Notes: generated by a model from the letters alone, not told the origin. 51,483 bases of DNA from Nanobdellota archaeon (GCA_023140175.1 JAGLMD010000020.1:1-51483); one strand, 5' to 3'. Shown: positions 19,104 to 26,642, counted from the first letter of the stretch. Numbers and translations are program-made.

Positions 19104-20872
19104 ATAAAAATTATTTAATGTTATTTATCAGTATTATATGCCTCATCCTAATATCTCATATTATTAACGCTCCAGACCTGCCGCATAATGTAAAAGGAAG
19201 GGTATTCCATTCAGACGGCATTACTGGAGTAGATGACGGAATAATTGTTATGATCAACAACACAAATAATAACAACTATGTCACAACCCAGGTTTATTCC
19301 CCCCCATTCGAAAAGGGCTGGTATGGTACTACCATAGAAGGCACTGATTATGATACAATAATTGTAATGGCTTGGAACACTACAGCATATGGCATAAACA
19401 CAACAACACTTGCACCGACCACAACCTCTGCTAACATCGTACTAAATACAACTCGCCCAAGTGAAACAAATGTAACAATAATAATCCCTTCCGACCATAC
19501 TATGTTTAATATAACAAATTATTTTAATGTCACTGTTAAGGTTGGTGTTATTGGAGGAACTGATGGAGGAGATTGTACTGCAACCATAAGTTTTAGCAAC
19601 AGTGATGTATTAAAGCTTGCACCTTCTGAATCTGCAGCTCATGATATAGGGCCAATAAGTCTGGGAGATACTAAAGAAACTAATTGGAATATAAGCGGAA
19701 ATTTAACTGGCAGCCCGAATATTACTATCATTGCTAATTGTACAAATGACGGATTAAATTTTGATAATTTAAACAGCTATACCGCATATAATATAACAAT
19801 ACAGGACGATGAAGCACCGGCAGTAGAACTCATATATCCGGGAAATAACTCAAAAATAACAGCATCTAATTCCCAAATAGTCTTCAAATATAATGTATCT
19901 GATAATTCAAATATCGCAAATTGTTCACTAATAATAAACGGAAAAATAAATCATACAAATCATACCATTTCAAAAGAAATAACACAAAATTTTACTCTGC
20001 TGCTAACCAACAATACATATAATTGGAGTATTAATTGTACTGAGGATAGTACAGGCCGCAATACAGGCTCTTCTCCTATCTTCAATTTGACTATCATTAC
20101 TAATACTGCACCCACAGTAACTGACATTGATGTTGATGATCCAATTGATTTAACAGTGGGCTCAACAACTATTATATATTGCAATGCGACAATAACCGAT
20201 GAAAATGGCGTTGATGATATACGAAGTGTTAATTCGACACTTTATTATACTCCTGTTGGCGTTTTATCAGATGATGATAATAATGACCATTATACAAACA
20301 ATACCTGTGAGAATATATCAAGTACTGCAAATACCATAGATTATGTCTGTTCCTTTAATGTCTATTACTATGCAGACAATGGAATTTGGACATGTAACAT
20401 AAGTGCATTTGACAATATCAGCAATATTGGCAGCGATGCAATAGGAACAACAGTAAGTGAATTATTAGCTATAGATGTCTCCCCCTATATTATTGATTAT
20501 GGAGAAATAGGGCCTGGCGAGAACTCATCAGACGATTTTAAGCTAAACATAACAAATTTTGGAAATATAGACTTTAATGTAACAGTAGATGGTTTTGCCA
20601 GGGAAGATGAAGATAATCTGTCAATGAACTGCACAAGAGGGAACATATCAATCGAATATCAAAAATATTCAATACATGAAAATCAGCTTTATTATGAGAT
20701 GAACAATCTATCTGATTTACCCGCTTTAATTAGTAATTTCACATTACCACAGAGAACTAACGACACAACATATAAAAGGGATAAAAACCATACATACTGG
20801 AAGATGGGTTTACCCTATGGAATTCAAGGAAATTGTGCTGGTTTTGTTGTAGTTACAGGAATTAAAAGTTGA
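19100..20872 (+). CDS. Secreted/surface beta-sandwich protein sharing modules with the giant protein and with the 25686..26642 protein
   Basis: 590 aa with an N-terminal hydrophobic segment. It contains the module ...FKYNVSDNSNIANCSLIINGKINHTNHTISKEITQNFTLLLTNNTYNWSINCTED found in the giant ORF. The C-terminal ~260 aa (from TNTAPTVTDIDVDDPIDLTVGST..., about nt 20099) aligns with the 25686..26642 product. Sequon-rich. Confidence 0.85.
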   Translation: MNKNYLMLFISIICLILISHIINAPDLPHNVKGRVFHSDGITGVDDGIIVMINNTNNNNYVTTQVYSPPFEKGWYGTTIEGTDYDTIIVMAWNTTAYGINTTTLAPTTTSANIVLNTTRPSETNVTIIIPSDHTMFNITNYFNVTVKVGVIGGTDGGDCTATISFSNSDVLKLAPSESAAHDIGPISLGDTKETNWNISGNLTGSPNITIIANCTNDGLNFDNLNSYTAYNITIQDDEAPAVELIYPGNNSKITASNSQIVFKYNVSDNSNIANCSLIINGKINHTNHTISKEITQNFTLLLTNNTYNWSINCTEDSTGRNTGSSPIFNLTIITNTAPTVTDIDVDDPIDLTVGSTTIIYCNATITDENGVDDIRSVNSTLYYTPVGVLSDDDNNDHYTNNTCENISSTANTIDYVCSFNVYYYADNGIWTCNISAFDNISNIGSDAIGTTVSELLAIDVSPYIIDYGEIGPGENSSDDFKLNITNFGNIDFNVTVDGFAREDEDNLSMNCTRGNISIEYQKYSIHENQLYYEMNNLSDLPALISNFTLPQRTNDTTYKRDKNHTYWKMGLPYGIQGNCAGFVVVTGIKS

Positions 20873-20877
20873 ACAAA

Positions 20878-22017
20878 ATGAAACAGCCTAATTTAAAAAA
20901 ACATATCCGGTTTTTGGCTATTATCCTTCTCATCCTATTGAGCTTTCTTCTGTTAAATATAGTCACTGTAAAAGCTGATTTTTACGAATTAATCTACAAG
21001 TGTGAAAATAATCAGTGTGTAGAAGGGGATATTGCAGAATGGAATATAAAAATTAATAATGAAGGCGATAGCAAGATTGAAGTCAAAACTATCGAAATAA
21101 GAGACAGCATAAACAATAGCATTATAGCTATCTTTGATACAGACTATTATCCGCTAATGGACTATAGGGGGGACCTATTTGTAATACAGGCCAAACAAGA
21201 AAGAACAAAGACAATAAGAGCAGAAATACCAAAAGCTAACAATGGCACCAGCCTAATATATCACCTATGTTTTACAAATGCTGTTAACGAACCATATCTA
21301 TCAAGAGATGAGATCTATACTGTTGAACACTGTTATAGTGATAGAAACGAGATTATGCCAATTCTAAAATGTGCCTCGAACTCTTCCTGTAATAATGATG
21401 AATACTGCCTAGACAACGAATGTGTAAAGCTTGAATGTGGCTATTGCCAGTATATATCCTTCCATAGGTGTGCTAATTTCGAATGTTGTGATTCTAATAA
21501 ATGTGAAGAAGACGAGGCTTGTAAAAAGAGAAGATGCATCAAGCTTGACTGCATGGAGAACGAATACCTATCTGAACATATATGCATACCACTAAACTGC
21601 TCCTCAAATGAATTTATTTTTAATCATAGTTGTGTAGGAATAAACTGTGGGGAGGATGAATTTATTCTTAATCGCAGCTGTGTAAGGCTGAATTGCAGCG
21701 AAGATGAATTTATTCTTAATCGCAGCTGTGTAAGGCTGAATTGCAGCGAAGATGAATTTATTCTTAATCGCAGCTGTGTAAGGCTGAACTGTATGTTTAA
21801 TGAAACAGCAATAAGCCATAAATGTCAGGCTCTAAAATGTTATTTCTTCCAAAAAATAGCAAACAACAGATGCATAAACAACAAGCCATTAATATTCAAA
21901 CTAAGCATAGAATTTATTATTGTTTCAACTATTATTGCTATCCTTATAATAGATATAAAAAGATATAAATCAACTATTACAAAAAAAGAAAAGAGTTTAA
22001 AAATAGAAGAAAAGTAG
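20878..22017 (+). CDS. Cysteine-rich repeat surface protein with C-terminal TM anchor
   Basis: The ORF track starts at a TTG (20869) that overlaps the upstream stop. The first ATG is at 20878 (MKQPNLKKHIRFLAIILLILLSFLLLNIV = signal/TM). The central part is a regular Cys pattern with 16-aa repeats LNCSEDEFILNRSCVR. The C-terminus is a TM helix plus a basic tail (IIVSTIIAILIIDIKRYK...). Confidence 0.8.
   Translation: MKQPNLKKHIRFLAIILLILLSFLLLNIVTVKADFYELIYKCENNQCVEGDIAEWNIKINNEGDSKIEVKTIEIRDSINNSIIAIFDTDYYPLMDYRGDLFVIQAKQERTKTIRAEIPKANNGTSLIYHLCFTNAVNEPYLSRDEIYTVEHCYSDRNEIMPILKCASNSSCNNDEYCLDNECVKLECGYCQYISFHRCANFECCDSNKCEEDEACKKRRCIKLDCMENEYLSEHICIPLNCSSNEFIFNHSCVGINCGEDEFILNRSCVRLNCSEDEFILNRSCVRLNCSEDEFILNRSCVRLNCMFNETAISHKCQALKCYFFQKIANNRCINNKPLIFKLSIEFIIVSTIIAILIIDIKRYKSTITKKEKSLKIEEK
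21592..21831 (+). repeat. In-frame 48-bp (16-codon) tandem repeat, 5 units, two of them nucleotide-identical
   Basis: Units start at 21592, 21640, 21688, 21736 and 21784. Units 21688-21735 and 21736-21783 are identical (ctgaattgcagcgaagatgaatttattcttaatcgcagctgtgtaagg). Unit 21640 differs only in its first codons, and the flanking units are degenerate. Confidence 0.9.
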
Positions 22018-22026
22018 GTTAAACTA

Positions 22027-23211
22027 ATGAGACTAAAATTAGTAACATTCCTATTGCTGGCATGTTTATTGAATAGTATAGGCTATGCTATAAGCATAGG
22101 TGTAAGCCCGGGAAGAGTAACATTCGGCAATTTACTAAAAGAAGGCTATGCAGAAAGAACAATAAGAATAACTACAAACAGCCCTGAAGATATCACAGCC
22201 CATTTTACACCCAGCGGAGAAATTGTGCCTTGGATAAAATTCGAGCCAAATAACACAGTATTTAGCATGTCTTCAACTAACCCCCACATACTAAAGATTA
22301 TAATTATTCCACCAAATGATACAAGGAGTGATAGCTACTCCGGCAAAATAGATTTTGTTACAGACCGCTTTGGTAGTCCCACTGGAAGAGCAGGCGGACT
22401 TGTCAAGGCAGCAGTAACAATGACATTACTTGCAACAGTCTCAGACATAGAAACAATAGCATGTAGGGCAGGTGCCTTTTCACTCAAAGATATTGAGATA
22501 GGGTTCCCAATAGAACTCTCATACACAGTAAATAATGATGGAAATGTCAGAATAAAACCAAAAGTAGAGTTCGACATATGGGATCAGCTGCAAGAAAACC
22601 TGATATTAACCGAAGAATTCACAAGTGAAGAAATATTGCCGACAGTAGAAAAGAAGTTTGTAAAACAGATCTTTCCAGAAGGCTTAGAAATAGGCCAGTA
22701 TTGGGTAAATATTGATATAGATGAATGCAAAGCAGGAACTTTGACAAGTTTTAGTGTTGTAGAAAAGGGAGGAATAATAGATAATGGCTTACTAGAAAAA
22801 GTAAGTAACAAAGTATGGGCTTATGTAAGAGAACCGATTGAGATAATAGCCACATTCAAGAATACCGGACCGCGAACAGCCTCAGCTAAATTCAAAGGCA
22901 ATATTAAGCTGGAAGACAAAATTGTAGAAGTAATTGAGACTGAAGAAGTTGATGTAGAAAGCGGTGAAACTATTGGCCTAAAAACATTTTTTGAGCCCTC
23001 AGAGCCTGGAAGATATGTTATCAGCGGAAGAATAATCTACAATAGAAAGATGACATTCGAGAAAGGCAGTATTTTGAATGTAAGACCTGCTCCAGAAAAA
23101 CAACAAGAAGGAAAAACCACATATGTCCTGCTAGTGATATATCTCGTTATATTAATTTCAATATTATTTATGATAAGAAAGATTATTAAAGCAAAGAAAA
23201 AGAGAAAATAG
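22027..23211 (+). CDS. Surface protein, beta-sandwich repeats, C-terminal TM anchor with polybasic tail
   Basis: 394 aa. Signal peptide MRLKLVTFLLLACLLNSIGYA. Two similar halves have a pattern like a CARDB or PapD/MSP-type sandwich (ISIGVSPGRVTFGNLLKEGYAERTIRITTNSPEDI...). The C-terminal end is YVLLVIYLVILISILFMIRKIIKAKKKRK. Confidence 0.8.
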   Translation: MRLKLVTFLLLACLLNSIGYAISIGVSPGRVTFGNLLKEGYAERTIRITTNSPEDITAHFTPSGEIVPWIKFEPNNTVFSMSSTNPHILKIIIIPPNDTRSDSYSGKIDFVTDRFGSPTGRAGGLVKAAVTMTLLATVSDIETIACRAGAFSLKDIEIGFPIELSYTVNNDGNVRIKPKVEFDIWDQLQENLILTEEFTSEEILPTVEKKFVKQIFPEGLEIGQYWVNIDIDECKAGTLTSFSVVEKGGIIDNGLLEKVSNKVWAYVREPIEIIATFKNTGPRTASAKFKGNIKLEDKIVEVIETEEVDVESGETIGLKTFFEPSEPGRYVISGRIIYNRKMTFEKGSILNVRPAPEKQQEGKTTYVLLVIYLVILISILFMIRKIIKAKKKRK

Positions 23212-23490
23212 CCTTTTTAGTAACAATATCCAGTTACATTTCCAACCAATAATTATATTCATTTCACATCCTATTCTCTTACTACGGAACATATATCATA
23301 CAAAGCAGTAGTAATACTTATGAACATGCCCTAAAACAAGAAGAGTCTTACTATCATAAGACAATTATAGGTATAAGACTTTCTTGTCTTATAAGGTATA
23401 AGTATGATTATGAATTCTATAATTTATATACAACAAGCAAAAAGTAAATTTCTAAGATATAACCAATCAAATGCATTAATTTTACTATAC

Positions 23491-23514
23491 TAATTAAGTA
23501 ATTGGTTAATTACT
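23491..23514. promoter_or_regulatory. AT-rich palindromic module, copy A (TAATTAAGTAATTGGTTAATTACT)
   Basis: Matches copy D (30430-30453) at 21 of 24 positions. Inverted halves are AGTAAT...ATTACT. It starts exactly 130 nt upstream of the TTTATATA box at 23621. More TTAATTAATTAAC-type sequence follows to about 23556. Confidence 0.5.
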
Positions 23515-23613
23515 ATAATAGATTAATTAATTAACTACTATAAATAAATAATTATTGTATATTCTTAAGCATAGTCATAAAGAAAATACAGCAGTACAGT
23601 ATTTAATTAAAAA

Positions 23614-23628
23614 TCGAAACATTTATAT
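23614..23628 (+). promoter_or_regulatory. BRE/TATA promoter (CGAAACATTTATATA) of the first ArsR-like gene
   Basis: CGAAA BRE-like element plus a TTTATATA box about 70 nt upstream of the ATG at 23695. It is 14/15 identical to the element at 26895-26909. Confidence 0.6.
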
Positions 23629-23694
23629 ATGAGCATAGTTTAGATTATAATAAGATACCTTTTCCAATACTGATTTGGAATTTTAAAGACAAAA

Positions 23695-24354
23695 ATGGAG
23701 ATAACAACACTATTTGCCGAACAAAAATGGAATATCATTAAATCGCTCTCCAAAGACAAATTCTCCCCATTACAGCTTGCTGAAAGATCAGACACCACGA
23801 TAGCCAATATAAGCCAGCAATTGAGGCTCTTAGAAGCAGCCGAATTAGTTAAAAAAGAAAAGATTAAAAATAGGGAAAGGGGCAAGCCCAGAACACTATT
23901 CTCATTATCTAATGATTATGTTTTTCTTGTTTCTGCTATGAAAAATTTTGCTAAAAAAAGGCTGTTAGTATTATCAGATTATCATAAAGTCATCCTAAGG
24001 ATACTATTCCTGGAAAATACAGACCTTCATTATTATCTTGCGAAGTTTTACTGGAAAATAGAGGAATACCTTGACAGCATAAAAGCAATAATAGTCCTTC
24101 CTGATGGAAATGAAATAAAGGTCGTGATTGTAGCAGATAAAGCAAAAGAAATTGAAAGGAAAATAAGCCCCGTAGAGATAAAAAAGCCGAATAAGGAATC
24201 TAAATCAATCAAGATCCGGGGTATTACTCAAGATGAACTGGTAAAACTGGTAAAACAAGGAAAACATCCATTTTCTTCTGTAGAAGATTTGCAGGTTATT
24301 TACGATCCTGAAGGGATTATATCAGATTTAGAAAAACAAGGAGGAAACAGCTAA
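23695..24354 (+). CDS. ArsR/SmtB-like winged-HTH transcription regulator with ~130-aa C-terminal extension (paralog 1)
   Basis: 219 aa. The N-terminus WNIIKSLSKDKFSPLQLAERSDTTIANISQQLRLLEAAELVKKEKIKNRERGKPRTLFSL has the ArsR-type HTH-plus-wing pattern. It is a paralog of 26986..27624 (shared ...SDYH..IL...F.E.T.LHYYL.KFYWKIEE.L..IK...). Confidence 0.7.
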   Translation: MEITTLFAEQKWNIIKSLSKDKFSPLQLAERSDTTIANISQQLRLLEAAELVKKEKIKNRERGKPRTLFSLSNDYVFLVSAMKNFAKKRLLVLSDYHKVILRILFLENTDLHYYLAKFYWKIEEYLDSIKAIIVLPDGNEIKVVIVADKAKEIERKISPVEIKKPNKESKSIKIRGITQDELVKLVKQGKHPFSSVEDLQVIYDPEGIISDLEKQGGNS

Positions 24355-24360
24355 GAAAAC

Positions 24361-24475
24361 AGCAGGTAATATTTGAAAAAATTCAAGGCAAAAAAAGAAT
24401 AAGGCAAATCATGATCAACACCTAAAACACCTCGTGGTTATTTTTTTACCTTATATCTGGTTTGCCCTGGATTTT
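24361..24475. repeat. Intergenic direct repeat, copy 1 (103-nt perfect core 24373-24475)
   Basis: ttgaaaaaattcaaggcaaaaaaagaataaggcaaatcatgatcaacacctaaaacacctcgtggttatttttttaccttatatctggtttgccctggatttt recurs identically at 25523-25625, an offset of 1150 nt. No ORF. It contains a T7 tract and imperfect self-complementarity (aaggcaaaaaaa / tttttttacctt; ggcaaa / tttgcc). Confidence 0.9.
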
Positions 24476-24663
24476 CATTGTTCAGAAAATATTCAAAAAA
24501 ACAAAAATCCGTTTTTGAAAAACGGTGGTGGTGCCTATAAAAGTCATAATATGAAATAACACACATATATCATATTCACGATAATTGTGAACGTAAATGT
24601 AAATGTTTGAATGTGAATGTAAATGAAAATGCAATTGTATAACTAAGAGGAGGTTAAACGAAA

Positions 24664-25413
24664 ATGAAAATGAAAGTACAAACAGTTAAAACAATTCTGG
24701 CCCTGATTATAATAAGCATGATGGCCGCCATGGCAATGGCTGCCCCGACCGGTCCGGCAAATATCATAAGGGGGACAGACGGCAGAAGAACATCATTTGG
24801 TGAAACAGACCCCACAACAATTCAGGCTCAGGGAGGTAATGTAACCCAGCTGACAATTAACATAACCACAGGAACAGATAAATGGCAGGGTTATTACGGA
24901 AATATAAGCGGCACAATAACACTGGATGATGGAGACGGCAACACATTATATGATTGGTACGATGAAACAATATCTGTAGTGGGGGAGATATATGCAGCTA
25001 ACCAAAGCGGAATTACCTGGTCTGATGTTATCTGCGTAAACCTAACTGGAAATGGTACCTTAGGGCATGAGGGTATTAATCAGACAATATTAGAAGATAT
25101 GTATGGTATAGCCCATTCTGCTAAAGATGGCTTTGATGAAACATTCGATACTACAATAGATATTGAAATAAGTGGATCTAGCATAGGCACCTGTCCAGGC
25201 ACACGCCTATATGTAGATAACTCATCTCAAACAGAAAGATGGAATGAAACACTATTGACAGAGAATGCCACAGGAGCAGTAATCTTTGCAGTAGCTGTCG
25301 AAGAGAATGATCCGGGATTCAATGGCAAACAATGGGATTTCCAGATGATTGTCGCTGAAGACGACGCAACTGCAGGAGCAACACCTTATAGCTTCTACAT
25401 AGAATTGACATAA
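24664..25413 (+). CDS. Secreted protein of unknown function (WQGYYGNISG motif family), paralog 1
   Basis: 249 aa. Sec-type signal peptide with an A-x-A site (IIISMMAAMAMA|AP) and no other TM helix. SD-like AGGAGGT lies 8 nt upstream of the start. About 80 percent identical to the 27713..28465 product by eye. Confidence 0.85.
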   Translation: MKMKVQTVKTILALIIISMMAAMAMAAPTGPANIIRGTDGRRTSFGETDPTTIQAQGGNVTQLTINITTGTDKWQGYYGNISGTITLDDGDGNTLYDWYDETISVVGEIYAANQSGITWSDVICVNLTGNGTLGHEGINQTILEDMYGIAHSAKDGFDETFDTTIDIEISGSSIGTCPGTRLYVDNSSQTERWNETLLTENATGAVIFAVAVEENDPGFNGKQWDFQMIVAEDDATAGATPYSFYIELT

Positions 25414-25430
25414 GGTTTTGTTTTTTTATG

Positions 25431-25457
25431 TATAGAAATCAACTGCTGATTTCTATA
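25431..25457 (+). terminator. Hairpin (11-bp perfect stem, tatagaaatca/tgatttctata) flanked by T-tracts, downstream of 24664..25413
   Basis: Stem 25431-25441 and 25447-25457 with loop actgc. It is preceded by gttttgttttttt and followed by atttttagattttt. Oligo-T tracts are the usual archaeal termination signal. Confidence 0.5.
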
Positions 25458-25510
25458 ATTTTTAGATTTTTATTATTTTCAAGAAAGCAAAGAAGAAACA
25501 ACCAAGAAAG

Positions 25511-25625
25511 CAGAAGTAATACTTGAAAAAATTCAAGGCAAAAAAAGAATAAGGCAAATCATGATCAACACCTAAAACACCTCGTGGTTATTTTTTTACC
25601 TTATATCTGGTTTGCCCTGGATTTT
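25511..25625. repeat. Intergenic direct repeat, copy 2 (103-nt perfect core 25523-25625)
   Basis: Identical to 24373-24475. The ~15 nt upstream are also similar (cagaagtaatactt versus agcaggtaatattt). The preceding gaaagcagaag resembles the 3-prime end context of the ArsR-like gene (gaaaacagcagg). Confidence 0.9.
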
Positions 25626-25685
25626 ATTTTAATCATAAGCATAATGTAAAAGCGTAAACGTAAAAATAAGAAAGAGTAAACGAAA

Positions 25686-26642
25686 ATGAAATTTTATAAC
25701 CGAACAGCATCTGAAAATAAAGAAGTAGTTTTATTCGCTGCGCTGGGAATACTAACTATCTTGGGGATAACCATAGGACTAACTCTGGTATCTACTGAAG
25801 TTACCGGGGTAAATAACGAGACTGTAATTACAAAATTAAATGTAACAAACACAGCCCCGAGCTTATATAGGGTAACTGTCACCCCAATATCAGTTGACTT
25901 AACACCGGGAGGCACAAAACTAGTAAATTGCACAGGGGATATATATGATGCTAATGGCTACTCAGATATTAGTAATGTGAGCGGATCCATATATGATAGT
26001 GCAATAGGTGATGTTAATATAATTGACAAGAATTACCGTTACTACAATAGCTCTTGTGAATGTACACAAATAGCTGGCTCACCAACAAATGCCTCTTGCA
26101 GTTGTTTATTCTATGTAGAATATTATGCCAATAACGGCACATGGCAATGCAACATGACTGTTAATGATACATGGGGATTAAGAGATACAGCTAATTCCAG
26201 CCTATTTACAATAAATGATGTTGTTGGAATAGAGGTTATAAATGAAATAGATTATGGCAATCTATCCATTAGCGAAACATCCAATACTATACCTGTAAAT
26301 ATAAGTAATTACGGTAATCTCCCGATCAATATAAGCGTAAGGGCATGGGGAGGTACAACAGAATATAATGCAGGCCTCAATTCTACATGCATGATATGTG
26401 AGTCAGGCAACATTAGCATAGATAGTGAAAGATATACTACAGAAAGCACTGTCGACTACGCTGATATGACAAACATAACAAACACATCAACAAACATAGT
26501 AGGATTTTATCTGCCTGTAAGAAATAATGACACTAATTATGGTAATGATACCAATACGACATATTGGGCAATAAGAATCCCCACACAAGTGTCTGGATTC
26601 TGTAATGGAAGTATAGAATTTACTGGTATTTCGAGAGCATAG
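25686..26642 (+). CDS. N-terminally membrane-anchored, Cys-containing beta-rich extracellular protein (shares domain with C-terminus of 19100..20872)
   Basis: 318 aa with one TM helix (VVLFAALGILTILGITIGLTLV). TAPSLYRVTVTPISVDLTPGGTKLVNCTGDIYDANGYSDISNV ... YVEYYANNGTWQCNMTVND ... NISNYGNLPINISVRAWGG ... TYWAIRIPTQVSGFCNGSIEFTG aligns with TAPTVTDIDVDDPIDLTVGSTTIIYCNATITDENGVDDIRSV ... NVYYYADNGIWTCNISAFD ... NITNFGNIDFNVTVDGFA ... TYWKMGLPYGIQGNCAGFVVVTG. Confidence 0.85.
   Translation: MKFYNRTASENKEVVLFAALGILTILGITIGLTLVSTEVTGVNNETVITKLNVTNTAPSLYRVTVTPISVDLTPGGTKLVNCTGDIYDANGYSDISNVSGSIYDSAIGDVNIIDKNYRYYNSSCECTQIAGSPTNASCSCLFYVEYYANNGTWQCNMTVNDTWGLRDTANSSLFTINDVVGIEVINEIDYGNLSISETSNTIPVNISNYGNLPINISVRAWGGTTEYNAGLNSTCMICESGNISIDSERYTTESTVDYADMTNITNTSTNIVGFYLPVRNNDTNYGNDTNTTYWAIRIPTQVSGFCNGSIEFTGISRA

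Noticed and set aside
21592-21831. 48-bp tandem repeat as a possible CRISPR array or satellite
   Set aside because: There are no spacers between units, and the repeat is in frame and encodes a Cys-repeat motif of the surrounding protein.
24361-24475. The 115-nt repeat as a tRNA, C/D-box sRNA or other known RNA
   Set aside because: No cloverleaf can be drawn, and there are no C (RUGAUGA) or D (CUGA) boxes or other signature I can recognise. It is kept as an unexplained repeat rather than called as an ncRNA gene.
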